IMG/VR virus record: IMGVR_UViG_2563366924_000005
Location: 1 to 40,849 of that record
Direction: 5' to 3' (one strand)
Length of the DNA: 40,849 nucleotides
From: a virus
Lineage: Duplodnaviria; Heunggongvirae; Uroviricota; Caudoviricetes
Shown piece after piece: positions 20,654 through 28,875 of the stretch. Within the stretch, counting starts at the first letter, position 1. Every line of letters starts with the position of its first letter. Under the pieces are notes generated by a model, which was not told where the DNA came from, made no database searches, and was given only the letters and a program-made list of their open reading frames with translations. The translations under genes were made by a program, and so were the position numbers.

Positions 20654-21119
20654 GGTTGAATAGCTCCTTGATACGAGAGCGCCGCTTATCGCGATCTCCC
20701 TTATCAGGTGTCACGTCTTCAACTTGCGACTGCTCTTTGAGGCCCAAATCACGGGCGATGATGTTAGCGTTGAGAAGGTCAGCGGCTGCGCCAGAGAATT
20801 TCTGGTCGTAGATGATGTCTTCCGCTCGTGATGTGACGTCAGAAAAACCTTCCATTGACCGGAAGGTTCCCCATGTTTGCCTGGTGATATCAAGGAAGGT
20901 ACACAATCCTGAAATAGTCATGGCTCGCATCTTAGGGACATTAGCCTTAATTATTTCTCCCTGATATGAAAATACCTTGCCCTCCCATAGCGGGTTATCA
21001 TCAGCCCACTCGAAGTATTCACAACAAGCAGCCCACAGCGCCTCAGGCGATTCGAATTTAGGGTTTCGCCCATGACTACTGCGGGCCTCCCAAAATCGGT
21101 TGCCCTTTGGTGCTGCCAT
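20631..21119 (-). CDS. Terminase small subunit, P22 gp3 homolog
   Basis: 162 aa; N-terminus [38 protein letters not shown] and C-terminus [39 protein letters not shown] essentially identical to recalled P22 gp3. Confidence 0.9.
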   Translation of the reverse strand: MAAPKGNRFWEARSSHGRNPKFESPEALWAACCEYFEWADDNPLWEGKVFSYQGEIIKANVPKMRAMTISGLCTFLDITRQTWGTFRSMEGFSDVTSRAEDIIYDQKFSGAAADLLNANIIARDLGLKEQSQVEDVTPDKGDRDKRRSRIKELFNRGTGRDS

Positions 21120-21124
21120 ATTGA

Positions 21125-21613
21125 TTATTTCCCTTCTGTTTGCTTCCCAGCGGGGAACGAATCAACGCTGCCGCCGGAATAGCAGTCAAGATCAATTGCG
21201 ACTTGTACCGCTTCTCTCGCATTTTTGCCGCAGTGCATGGCTGTGCGAGCAATCAGCCAACCACTACCAATGGCATACGGTTCAACCTGTCGCGAAATAC
21301 TCGCCCGCGTTTCGCCTTTCTCTTTTGAGATGATGTAAGCACGACCAGCACCGATGATAGCAAGCGCGGTGAAAGAGAATGTCGGGAGAAATTCTGATGC
21401 ATACGTCAGGTTGTTCTTAAGCAGTTCCTGCAATTCCATCTCCGCGCCGCAATCACCAGAACAACCTAATGCAACCACTTTACTGCCGCAAACCTCCCAC
21501 CCAGATTCTGGCGGTGTGTAAATCTTTTGTTCTGTATACGAACACACAACATCACCAGATGATGCCTGGGTGTCAGATGCCAGGGTCTTTCCATCCCATG
21601 CAATAGTGGTCAT
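21125..21613 (-). CDS. HslV/proteasome-beta-like Ntn-hydrolase (putative threonine peptidase)
   Basis: 162 aa starting MTTIAWDG (Thr right after Met, as in HslV MTTIVSV); [18 protein letters not shown] aligns with HslV AGFAGGTADAFTLFELF; AIGSG motif present; sits between the lysis cassette and terminase. Confidence 0.6.
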   Translation of the reverse strand: MTTIAWDGKTLASDTQASSGDVVCSYTEQKIYTPPESGWEVCGSKVVALGCSGDCGAEMELQELLKNNLTYASEFLPTFSFTALAIIGAGRAYIISKEKGETRASISRQVEPYAIGSGWLIARTAMHCGKNAREAVQVAIDLDCYSGGSVDSFPAGKQTEGK

Positions 21614-21614
21614 A

Positions 21615-21857
21615 TCATGCTCCGGTGGTGAACAGGTCTAACGCTTCCTTCGATTTACGCACCGCTTCAATAGTTCGGGTCGTGATATCTGAATTAGCGC
21701 CGCCTGACTGGAAGTGAATTTTGAATAGCTCAAGCTTCAGCTCGTCAGTGCCAATGAACTGAAATGCTTCTTCTGCGGCTGCGTTCTGGTTCATGACCAG
21801 TTTGTAAATCTCTAACTGGAATTTCTGTTCTTCAGTCATGGGAATAACCTCTGCCAT
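21615..21857 (-). CDS. Hypothetical protein (80 aa) coupled to the HslV-like gene
   Basis: Its stop overlaps the HslV-like start; no recognisable motif. Confidence 0.45.
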   Translation of the reverse strand: MAEVIPMTEEQKFQLEIYKLVMNQNAAAEEAFQFIGTDELKLELFKIHFQSGGANSDITTRTIEAVRKSKEALDLFTTGA

Positions 21858-22160
21858 TGTTGGCTCCGTTTATCCGTTAAAAGGGATATCAGTTAAGTTA
21901 TCCCGTGTAGGGTATAAGCTATTGTCGAGACCACTCATTGAATGGTCTCTGCAATAACCGATGTCTTTCCATCAGTCCGCCACCACAAAGAATCTTTTTT
22001 GCCATAAGGCTGGAGGTTCATCTTTCAGTGGCTGCCAGTGTTATTTCCCCACTTTCTGGCTTGGGTTGCTTCGTGGTACTGCCGTTAACTGGTGACCTAG
22101 AATAAATTCCGGTTTCATTATCAAGCCCACCCGTAGATGGGCTTTGTAATGCCTACATGG

Positions 22161-22631
22161 TTAAATGATTTGCCAGTCTTCTGCTAGAACATCAGTCTGA
22201 CTAGCCAGCCACGGTACTAATTTATCGTCCGCTGTCTTCATGCAAATGCATGGCAGCGTCACAAGGCCATTAACTCCGTCCAGGTCACACTCAAACCCCC
22301 AAGCATTCTGCTGGATAATGAACAGATATATCCCCTTACCATTCCAGCCAGCACGGGCAACTTTATTCCCCAACTTGAGCGCTTCAATGGCAAGGCCGAA
22401 ACTTAGCCCTGATACCGGACGATAAGCCTTTTCGAATACTTCTTTTGGACTCCAGCTAACGTAGCCATCAAAGCGATCGGTGTTAGGTTTTCCGCCATCA
22501 AGATATTCAACCAGATAGCCTTCATCCTCGCCGTTTTCTCCGGCAGGAAGCTGCCAGCCACGAAAATCGTTATATGCCTGTCTCGTCATCGGAAAGGCGT
22601 TAATCAGTTTTACGCCAATATGCTGGGTCAT
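22161..22631 (-). CDS. DUF2829-domain protein (Tad2-type fold) with N-terminal extension
   Basis: C-terminal half ...ALKLGNKVARAGWNGKG...VTLPCICMKTADDKLVPWLASQTDVLAEDWQII matches the DUF2829 signature as I recall it (GWNGKG ... YIxMKT...LVPWxxSQTDLLAEDWEI); preceded by a terminator after Rz. Confidence 0.6.
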   Translation of the reverse strand: MTQHIGVKLINAFPMTRQAYNDFRGWQLPAGENGEDEGYLVEYLDGGKPNTDRFDGYVSWSPKEVFEKAYRPVSGLSFGLAIEALKLGNKVARAGWNGKGIYLFIIQQNAWGFECDLDGVNGLVTLPCICMKTADDKLVPWLASQTDVLAEDWQII

Positions 22632-22652
22632 AAAATTACCTATAGAGTTGGG

Positions 22653-22677
22653 AATAAAAAGCCCCGCATCGCGAGGC
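22653..22677 (-). terminator. Rho-independent terminator downstream of Rz/Rz1
   Basis: On the minus strand: stem gcctcgc/gcggggc (one G-U pair) with loop gat, followed by TTTTT. Confidence 0.45.
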
Positions 22678-22709
22678 TCATTAAATGGACTTTGTGATTT
22701 GCAAAAAAA

Positions 22710-23177
22710 TTATTTCAGGCATTGCGTCCTGATGTATTCCTGCAGGTAGTTAACCTGCGCGGTTATCCTGTCGATTCCACTTCGGAGACGGTAATAATTG
22801 AGTTCAGCATCTGCTGTAAGTCTTGGGCTTTCTCCATCGCCCATGCTGCTGGCTCCGGTCGTTGACTTTGCACAGGTGGCGGCGACTTGCAGCCGCTTAC
22901 GGCCAGCAATGACATCGCTATGCAGACGCTCAATGGTTTCTTTCGCATCAGCCAGTTCTCCGGTGTATTTGGCATCCAGTGCAGCGACATCACGCTGGCG
23001 GGTCTGCATGTCTTTAATGGTGGCGGTCGCCAGGAGGAGTTTCTCAGTGGCCTTATCGCGCTGGTCTCTGTAAGTGATGGCGTTGTCGCGGTAGTGGTTC
23101 ACGAAGAAAGCCAGTGCGCCGATTAACGCCAGCACCAGCAACTGCAGCCAGTAACGCTTAACCAGTGCGCTAATCAT
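22710..23177 (-). CDS. Rz i-spanin (P22 gene 15-like)
   Basis: 155 aa, N-terminal TM anchor ([16 protein letters not shown]), coiled-coil periplasmic part; contains the embedded Rz1 reading frame; follows lysozyme. Confidence 0.75.
   Translation of the reverse strand: MISALVKRYWLQLLVLALIGALAFFVNHYRDNAITYRDQRDKATEKLLLATATIKDMQTRQRDVAALDAKYTGELADAKETIERLHSDVIAGRKRLQVAATCAKSTTGASSMGDGESPRLTADAELNYYRLRSGIDRITAQVNYLQEYIRTQCLK
22763..22948 (-). CDS. Rz1 o-spanin lipoprotein, embedded in Rz in another frame
   Basis: [20 protein letters not shown] lipobox signal followed by a proline-rich segment; classic embedded Rz1 architecture. Confidence 0.7.
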   Translation of the reverse strand: MRKKPLSVCIAMSLLAVSGCKSPPPVQSQRPEPAAWAMEKAQDLQQMLNSIITVSEVESTG

Positions 23178-23623
23178 GACAGGAACAGAGCTCGCTCTGC
23201 CTTGCGGCGATTCGTGAGCCCCGGCATCACCTTTCCGCCTGATTTATTCCAGCGCAGAAATTCATCTGCCGCGCCTTTTATATCGCCAGCATTCAGCTTT
23301 TTCAGCAGTGTAGATGTGGAAAGAGCACGCGACCCAACGTTGTAAGCGAACGACACCAGTGCGTCGAACTGGCCTTGTGTCAGCTTCACCCTGACAACTT
23401 TCAGCACGTCATTCTCATAACCAACAAGCCCTGTTTTCAGAAGCCTGTCAGCGGTTTGCTGGTCGATAGTCATACCGCGCTTTACTGGCTTTCCGTCAAC
23501 CGGATGGGTCCAGCCATAGCCGATGGTCCACGGCGCATCTCCCGTTCCGGGGTCGGGGTAAGCAGTCAGCCGACAACCTTCAAATTTTTTTATCAGAGCA
23601 ATTCCGTCAGGACTGGTTTGCAT
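23174..23623 (-). CDS. Endolysin, T4-lysozyme-type (glycoside hydrolase family 24)
   Basis: ORF 23174-23695; from [39 protein letters not shown] the sequence shows the lysozyme catalytic E...D...T motif; downstream of holin. Confidence 0.8.
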   Translation of the reverse strand: MQTSPDGIALIKKFEGCRLTAYPDPGTGDAPWTIGYGWTHPVDGKPVKRGMTIDQQTADRLLKTGLVGYENDVLKVVRVKLTQGQFDALVSFAYNVGSRALSTSTLLKKLNAGDIKGAADEFLRWNKSGGKVMPGLTNRRKAERALFLS

Positions 23624-23960
23624 CGTCAACTCCCGCCTTTTTTGCTGCAAGTTTTTTAATAAGATTGCCGATCGAATCGGTGCCGATGTATCCAATAAAG
23701 ACGCTGGCTATGTAGGCGAGGTTGCTGCTCAGGCCGATAAAGTCCAGAAGGTCACGAACGAACCAGGCAATCATCGCGCACATCAGCGCATCAATTAGCG
23801 TTTTTGTTACCGCGCCGCCGTTATAGCGACCACGCAGATACGCCATGATAAAAGCCAGCATTGCACCAATACCCTGCTCCTTGGCGGCAAGTAGCGCAGC
23901 GATGAAATCTTGTTTGTATGGCAATTTTTTCTCCCTACGCCTGGCACGCGAATTGACCAT
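23607..23960 (-). CDS. Class I holin, lambda S-like
   Basis: ...[93 protein letters not shown] closely matches recalled lambda S. Confidence 0.8.
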   Translation of the reverse strand: MVNSRARRREKKLPYKQDFIAALLAAKEQGIGAMLAFIMAYLRGRYNGGAVTKTLIDALMCAMIAWFVRDLLDFIGLSSNLAYIASVFIGYIGTDSIGNLIKKLAAKKAGVDDANQS

Positions 23961-24435
23961 GATATTTCCCCCTAAACTCTGAGATTACCAACTCAGCAAG
24001 TTCGAGATCATCGAAGTAACCCAACCAGATCTGCTTCTTATTTCTACTTCCGCAAACTCTCCATTTCCCATTCTTAACATCAAGCCTGACGCCCTTTATG
24101 GGATTCTTTCCTCCGGATGGTTTGCGTCTGTTATATTGATTTTCTGATTTGGTCGATAATCTGAGGTTTTTAATGCCATTGTTTAATGGGTTTCTATCTA
24201 AATGATCCACGTCCATTTCTGGCATGCATCCATATACATACAACCAAGCCAGCCGATGCTCTTTATAGATTTTCCCATCTATACGTATTTGCCTGTAACC
24301 AGATCCATTAATCGTTCCAGCTCTTGAGCCAACTTTAATTCTGCGATTGCTGGATTTAACCCAAGTAAAAACCCCTGAAACAGGATCATAGTGCATAAGG
24401 CTTTTCAGGACTTGCTGAGTGATTACCATTTTCAT
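23935..24435 (-). CDS. HNH homing-endonuclease-like protein (HNH plus AP2-type DNA-binding domain), copy 1
   Basis: Start MKMVITQQ with GGAGGTGA ribosome-binding site; motifs [24 protein letters not shown] and [12 protein letters not shown]; inserted between tRNA-Asn and holin; AT-rich. Confidence 0.75.
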   Translation of the reverse strand: MKMVITQQVLKSLMHYDPVSGVFTWVKSSNRRIKVGSRAGTINGSGYRQIRIDGKIYKEHRLAWLYVYGCMPEMDVDHLDRNPLNNGIKNLRLSTKSENQYNRRKPSGGKNPIKGVRLDVKNGKWRVCGSRNKKQIWLGYFDDLELAELVISEFRGKYHGQFACQA

Positions 24436-24617
24436 AGGCCTCACCTCCGATTTTCCGGATGGTGCTGTGTGTGTTTGTAGGGGAAAGGCCGTCAGACTCT
24501 GATTGCTACATGGCATCTGAAAATGATATCTGCGGCCTGCAATAAAAAAGCCCACGGCGCGGTGGGCAATAGAGGGTAGTGCGTTGAGCTTTTGCTCTTA
24601 TGGTCCTGGTAGGTATT

Positions 24618-24692
24618 TGGCGGGACAGCGTGGACTCGAACCACGATAAGAAGGTTAACAGCCTTCCGTAATGACCTTTATACGACTGACCC
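24618..24692 (-). tRNA. tRNA-Asn-like gene (anticodon GTT) between Q and the lysis genes
   Basis: Minus-strand read GGGTCAG-TC-GTAT-AAAGGTCA-TTAC-G-GAAGG-CTGTTAA-CCTTC-TTAT-CGTGG-TTCGAGT-CCACG-CTGTCCC-G-CCA: perfect anticodon and T arms, U33, GG in D-loop, encoded CCA; one T-T mismatch each in acceptor and D stems; 4-nt variable loop. Confidence 0.5.
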
Positions 24693-24755
24693 AAATAAAA
24701 AAAGCCACCGTTGCAACTTAAGAGTCACTAACGGCAGCTTACCCTCTAATTATGG

Positions 24756-25274
24756 CTAAATGGCTAATTGCATGTCAAGGTTTTTAACAGCAACATGCTT
24801 AACTTTCTCAACACGTTTACGCATTTTGAAAGCATTTTGCATTGGTTGGTACAAAACAAATAATGACGCTTTCAGGATGTCGTCAATTTCATTTCTACAG
24901 GTTGCCAGTGAAGGTTTTCTCCATCCCTCGCCACCACGTCCACACATCTTGCGTGGCTTTGCAGTCGCGTGATAGTAGGATGCAATTGCTCGCTTAGATG
25001 AACCATGAGCGTAGTAGCTGAGGAGGATGCCAAAGGCTTTCTTGTCAATGTACATGACGGAATCGACGACCTGAGAAATCAACATTCCATCGTCATCATT
25101 ACACATTGGCCTTGTAATAACTCTTCCCGGCTCTACGCTCTCCATGAACTTCGCTATTACGCTGCTCATGCGCTTTTCCAGACGACCTGAATAAACCCAT
25201 GCGCCCCATAGTTCAAGCCATCCATTCAGCCAATCGTGCTGCTCTTTGGTGAGGTTTATTTCTCTTATGCTCAT
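24756..25274 (-). CDS. Late-gene antiterminator Q (QuuD-type)
   Basis: 172 aa; WLELWGAWV and CNDDDGMLIS motifs resemble QuuD-type Q proteins as I recall them; position just upstream of the lysis cassette and downstream of ninH/rusA. Confidence 0.65.
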   Translation of the reverse strand: MSIREINLTKEQHDWLNGWLELWGAWVYSGRLEKRMSSVIAKFMESVEPGRVITRPMCNDDDGMLISQVVDSVMYIDKKAFGILLSYYAHGSSKRAIASYYHATAKPRKMCGRGGEGWRKPSLATCRNEIDDILKASLFVLYQPMQNAFKMRKRVEKVKHVAVKNLDMQLAI

Positions 25275-25459
25275 CGTCTTCCCCTCTTGCCCTGTTTGAC
25301 CATCAGGACGCCGTTAACTATTACGTGACGCTCGCCTTTGCTGTCTCGGTTGTACTTAAGCACTGTTCCTCTTGCGCAGGAAAGCATCCTCGCCACTTCG
25401 GTCTGATTGCCTCGTGTCTGGATAAGAAGCTCTGGTATCGTTTGAATTGTGGCGTTCAT
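25271..25459 (-). CDS. ninH: NinH
   Basis: 62 aa; IQTIPELLIQTRGNQTEVARMLSCARGTVLKY..VIVNGVLMV matches recalled lambda NinH (VKTIPDMLVEAYGNQTEVARRLKCSRGTVRKY..AIVNDVLMV). Confidence 0.75.
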   Translation of the reverse strand: MNATIQTIPELLIQTRGNQTEVARMLSCARGTVLKYNRDSKGERHVIVNGVLMVKQGKRGRR

Positions 25460-25818
25460 GCGTTCTCCAGTTCGGTGATTTTTATTCCAAGCCTTCCGCC
25501 TGGTACTTTCACACCACGAATTACGCGAATGTCATCGAATTGCTCGTCGTCTTCCGCAAATCCGGCGTGGATAAGGGAGTCGAGTAAACCTTTCAGGATG
25601 TTGTCGAGGTCACGGCGGCGGGAGTCTGGAACGTCTGCGATGACTTTGATGCGGAGTCGTGATTTGGTGAAAATGTCTAACTTAAGTTGGCGGATGATTT
25701 GCTGAACGTCTTTTCGGTATTTCTGGCCTTTATCGCTGATGTAGTATTGGCTTCCCCGTCTTCGCCAGTAGGTGTTCAGCGACGGTGGGTACGGAAGTGT
25801 GAATCTGTATTCTGCCAT
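25456..25818 (-). CDS. rusA: RusA-family Holliday-junction resolvase
   Basis: 120 aa; LPYPPSLNTYW...VPDSRRRDLDNILKGLLDSLIHAGF..DDEQ...GGRLGIKITEL matches the RusA pattern (PDRRRRDLDNL). Confidence 0.8.
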   Translation of the reverse strand: MAEYRFTLPYPPSLNTYWRRRGSQYYISDKGQKYRKDVQQIIRQLKLDIFTKSRLRIKVIADVPDSRRRDLDNILKGLLDSLIHAGFAEDDEQFDDIRVIRGVKVPGGRLGIKITELENA

Positions 25819-26343
25819 TTATCCTCTCCCATGATTATGGTGATACCCCAATCGTGATTCCGCCAATTTTCTGGCATTAACGGCTAGAGATATGTCATCG
25901 TATAATCCAAGAAATATCTTTTTATTATCACTGTTTATATATGCGCCCCACTTTTTATTCTTCTTATAGTAGGCAACACCCATTACTCCAGAGCGATTAT
26001 TAATAGGCTTTTTTCTGTTCCTTGAGTTCTGTTTATCATCTACAACGCGCAAATTGCATATTCTGTTATCGCTTTTAATTCCATTTATGTGGTCAATTTC
26101 CCCATCAGGTTCTCTTCCATAAAAGGATATCCATGCGATTCTATGAGCTCGACAAACTTTTTTATTTACAGATATACGAACGTATCCTTTTTCATCTATA
26201 GAACCAGCAATCTTACCGGCATATGTTGAATTCCAGCACTCTCTTACACTTTCTCTTCTTTTGTATATAAACAAACCTGTTTCGCTATTATATTCATACA
26301 ATTCATTGATTTCTTTTTGTGTTGGATATCTTTTGCCGTTCAT
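25819..26343 (-). CDS. HNH homing-endonuclease-like protein (HNH plus AP2-type domain), copy 2
   Basis: 174 aa; GYVRISVNKKVCRAHRIAWISFYG and EIDHINGIKSDN motifs; same architecture as 23935-24435; very AT-rich; abuts rusA and the upstream gene with no spacer. Confidence 0.75.
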   Translation of the reverse strand: MNGKRYPTQKEINELYEYNSETGLFIYKRRESVRECWNSTYAGKIAGSIDEKGYVRISVNKKVCRAHRIAWISFYGREPDGEIDHINGIKSDNRICNLRVVDDKQNSRNRKKPINNRSGVMGVAYYKKNKKWGAYINSDNKKIFLGLYDDISLAVNARKLAESRLGYHHNHGRG

Positions 26344-26630
26344 GACTTAATCTTCCCCTCCTTCAGCAGTATCGCCTGCGTCCTGATCACGCCTTCGAGG
26401 TGGTAAAGTCTGGCGTCTTTGTTGTCGAGATTATGGGTGCGTCGGTCGATCTCCGCGTGGCAGTCACTACAAGCCCATGCGCCGATCAGGTCGTCAGGCT
26501 TCATTCCCGTTCCGCAAATTCCAGCCATCCGGTAATGTGCCAGAACTGTAGTTTCAGGATTACCATTGCATACGCCGTAAATACGTACCTGGCATTCTCT
26601 GCAGCGTGCTTCTTTGCGTAGGTTAGCCAT
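26340..26630 (-). CDS. Nin-region cysteine-rich (putative zinc-binding) protein
   Basis: 96 aa with CxxC...C...CxxC...H pattern (RCRECQ, GVCNG, CSDCH); a family commonly found in lambdoid nin regions; exact family unverified. Confidence 0.45.
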   Translation of the reverse strand: MANLRKEARCRECQVRIYGVCNGNPETTVLAHYRMAGICGTGMKPDDLIGAWACSDCHAEIDRRTHNLDNKDARLYHLEGVIRTQAILLKEGKIKS

Positions 26631-27352
26631 TAAGCAGCCTCACCGGTTACTTTCAGCATTCCGTTATCGAGCAGCTTTCTGGTCAGCCACTGTTGACCAC
26701 GCCCGGTGATTTTTGTGGTGAACGATATCTGTATTCCGTGATTTGTATTGACCGCTGTTTCTTTCACTGCGAAATAGCCGCGATCCATATATTCCTGCAT
26801 TGGCACATTGCGCCGGGAACCTGAAGCAATAAGGATTTTGTGATCGCGCATCCACGCAAACAGTTTGTTTGGACCAATTCCAACAACCTTTGCAAAGTTT
26901 CCAATCAAAATTCCGCTGGCCTCGCCAACGCGATCGGCAAACTCAACTTTAGGTGCGGCAATTGCGAGCTGGTTTTCCAGTTGCATTTTCTGCTCAGCAA
27001 GGTCAGCAGCAAGGCGCAACGCTTCCGGTAGCGTTTTTGGGATATTAACCGCAGCTTCTTCAAGCTCTCGCCAACGGTCAACAAGGCGAGCGGTGAACTC
27101 TGGCGACAACTGGGCAACAACGACAATACTGTCTCGCTTACCTTGTTCGCCCTCGAAGACGTAATGCTCGTACTGAACATTGAACCCTAAGTTATTGATT
27201 CTTTCGGAAACCTCAATTTGAGGAAGCCGGATAACACCATTTTTAGCCAGCGTTTCGATGGTACGTTTCACATTGTCATGACGCTTACCCACCAACTCAG
27301 CGATTTCAATGCTTGTCATTTTGATGGCATTGCCATTTATTAACTCATTCAT
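26630..27352 (-). CDS. Rha/Roi-family regulatory protein with antirepressor-like C-terminal domain
   Basis: 240 aa; N-terminal MTSIEIAELVGKRHDNVKRTIETL resembles the phage Rha HTH domain; C-terminal part resembles a KilA-C/Ant-type domain; nin-region position. Confidence 0.65.
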   Translation of the reverse strand: MNELINGNAIKMTSIEIAELVGKRHDNVKRTIETLAKNGVIRLPQIEVSERINNLGFNVQYEHYVFEGEQGKRDSIVVVAQLSPEFTARLVDRWRELEEAAVNIPKTLPEALRLAADLAEQKMQLENQLAIAAPKVEFADRVGEASGILIGNFAKVVGIGPNKLFAWMRDHKILIASGSRRNVPMQEYMDRGYFAVKETAVNTNHGIQISFTTKITGRGQQWLTRKLLDNGMLKVTGEAA

Positions 27353-27557
27353 CGTCTTCTTCCTCGTACATTGAGCTATTCGGATCGCTCATCAGTTCTG
27401 CGCAGCACGCTTCACACACGTGAACTTCCAGCACATGCAGCTTCTGACCGCAGTTAGCGCACGTTAAAGCCCGCTCGACGCTTTCTTGTTCGTAACTTCG
27501 ATTTGGGTCAATCACCTTGTATTCCTCGCACGATTTCTTAGCCACCGGATATCCCAC
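27345..27557 (-). CDS. ninF: NinF-like protein
   Basis: [37 protein letters not shown] matches recalled NinF; true start may be internal because the ORF overlaps ninE. Confidence 0.6.
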   Translation of the reverse strand: MGYPVAKKSCEEYKVIDPNRSYEQESVERALTCANCGQKLHVLEVHVCEACCAELMSDPNSSMYEEEDDE

Positions 27558-27694
27558 AGGTGAGCCGTGTAGTTGAAGGTTTTTACGTCAGATTCTTTTG
27601 GGATTGGCTTGCGTTTATTTCTGGAGCGTTTCGTTGGAAGGTATTTGCAGTTTTCGCAGATGATGTCGGTGATACTTCGTCGCTGTCGTCTCAT
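27512..27694 (-). CDS. ninE: NinE
   Basis: From [52 protein letters not shown] matches recalled lambda NinE; start taken at the internal ATG of ORF 27512-27784. Confidence 0.7.
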   Translation of the reverse strand: MRRQRRSITDIICENCKYLPTKRSRNKRKPIPKESDVKTFNYTAHLWDIRWLRNRARNTR

Positions 27695-28218
27695 GCCGCC
27701 CTCCTGACGCCCTGCCAGATCGCCATCAATGCCGCTTTGGATACGGTAGTAAACATCCGTCGAGGACTGATAAACGGTCGCCAAATCAGCAGCATGGAGC
27801 CTTTGCTGTTTCCCTTCTTCTCCAGCCCTGTCGATGGTTCGATAAAATTAATCCGTCCATCAGTGATAATGCGAACTTCGTCGACACTCTCCAGAGCCTT
27901 GCTGAACCATCCGACTGACATATCCTCTGGCACAAGCATAACTACCGTCTGTCGCTGTTGTATGCACTGCTCAGCGGCTTTTTCCACCCACGGCCTGATA
28001 TTGCTGTACGGTGGGTTATTCCAGATTGCACCGTGGCTTATCCACTCAGAATTTAGCGCGTCGTCAGCCTCAGTTAGCCAGTGAGCGCACAGAGCATTTT
28101 TGTCGCTCGCTGCCGAATCCAGCCAGAATCCAAACTCAATATCCAGTGCATCAAAAAGCCAAAGCGGCGTTTGCCAGCAGTCCTTGTCGTGTGCTGGCGT
28201 ATTTGATTTGATAGTCAT
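27691..28218 (-). CDS. Orphan DNA N6-adenine methyltransferase (phage Dam-like)
   Basis: ORF 27691-28245; NPPY motif (WNNPPYS) typical of N6-adenine/N4-cytosine methyltransferases; no adjacent restriction gene; nin-region position. Confidence 0.7.
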   Translation of the reverse strand: MTIKSNTPAHDKDCWQTPLWLFDALDIEFGFWLDSAASDKNALCAHWLTEADDALNSEWISHGAIWNNPPYSNIRPWVEKAAEQCIQQRQTVVMLVPEDMSVGWFSKALESVDEVRIITDGRINFIEPSTGLEKKGNSKGSMLLIWRPFISPRRMFTTVSKAALMAIWQGVRRAA

Positions 28219-28661
28219 GCAGCCTTCCCTTTTCGTTGTGACCATTCATACTCTCGCCGGGAGTCATCACTCCATCGCACGTTGCGCTCTGAGCCGAACC
28301 AGAACATGATTTCGATAAGCTCAGTCATGTTGGCCTTTCGCATTTTGCTGGTACGCACGCCAAGCATGACAACGCCACCATCGATACCAGGCACACTTCG
28401 TTGCTCCAGTTTTTTGGTCTTAAGCCACAGGGCAGTGAACAGGTCTTTCCAGTCTTCCGGCGCCAGCCGTTGACCATGCCATAGCACCTGACGCGAAACA
28501 TCGTTCAGCATCGGCCACATACGGTCATTCTGCGCTTTGCTGCGTTTGGGTTCTCTAACGTGGACTTCGTGGGGTGACTTGTCGTCGATGGGTAGTGAGA
28601 GTATTGCGTCTATGGCGTTATTTCTGATTGCTTCGTTGCGAAGCATGTATATTTGCTTCAT
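28215..28661 (-). CDS. ninB: NinB (Orf-family recombination mediator)
   Basis: ORF 28215-28679; ...RSKAQNDRMWPMLNDVSRQVLWHGQRLAPEDWKDLFTA...SKMRKANMTELIEIMFWFGSERNVRWSD matches recalled lambda NinB (..QNRKLWACLGDVSRQVEWHGRWLDAESWKCVFTA..). Confidence 0.75.
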   Translation of the reverse strand: MKQIYMLRNEAIRNNAIDAILSLPIDDKSPHEVHVREPKRSKAQNDRMWPMLNDVSRQVLWHGQRLAPEDWKDLFTALWLKTKKLEQRSVPGIDGGVVMLGVRTSKMRKANMTELIEIMFWFGSERNVRWSDDSRREYEWSQRKGKAA

Positions 28662-28668
28662 CGTTACC

Positions 28669-28875
28669 TCAACTAACAAAACGCCACGCCATTTTTGCTA
28701 CAGCGACAGGCATAACACCGATAATCACCCAGACAAATGCAGCGCCAAACAACGTATACCATGGGTCTTTACCGTCATTCACAAGACGAATGTAGCTATG
28801 CAGAACAATAAAAAACGTCAGAAGAATCCATCCAACGCCAACGCATTTGAGTGCGACGAGCATAAACTCAGCCAC
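28669..28875 (-). CDS. Small membrane protein (about 65 aa, two TM helices)
   Basis: Hydrophobic segments GVGWILLTFFIVL and FGAAFVWVIIGVMPVAV; start is GTG 28875 or ATG 28863. Confidence 0.4.
   Translation of the reverse strand: MAEFMLVALKCVGVGWILLTFFIVLHSYIRLVNDGKDPWYTLFGAAFVWVIIGVMPVAVAKMAWRFVS

Noticed and set aside
20631-21119. Search for a P22-type pac site (GAAGACTTATCT) in the small-terminase gene
   Set aside because: Only a partial GAAGAC match around 20715-20720 on the coding strand; not enough to call a pac site.
24506-24694. 62-aa minus-strand ORF
   Set aside because: Overlaps the tRNA-Asn-like cloverleaf and the terminator-like region downstream of Q; no ribosome-binding site.
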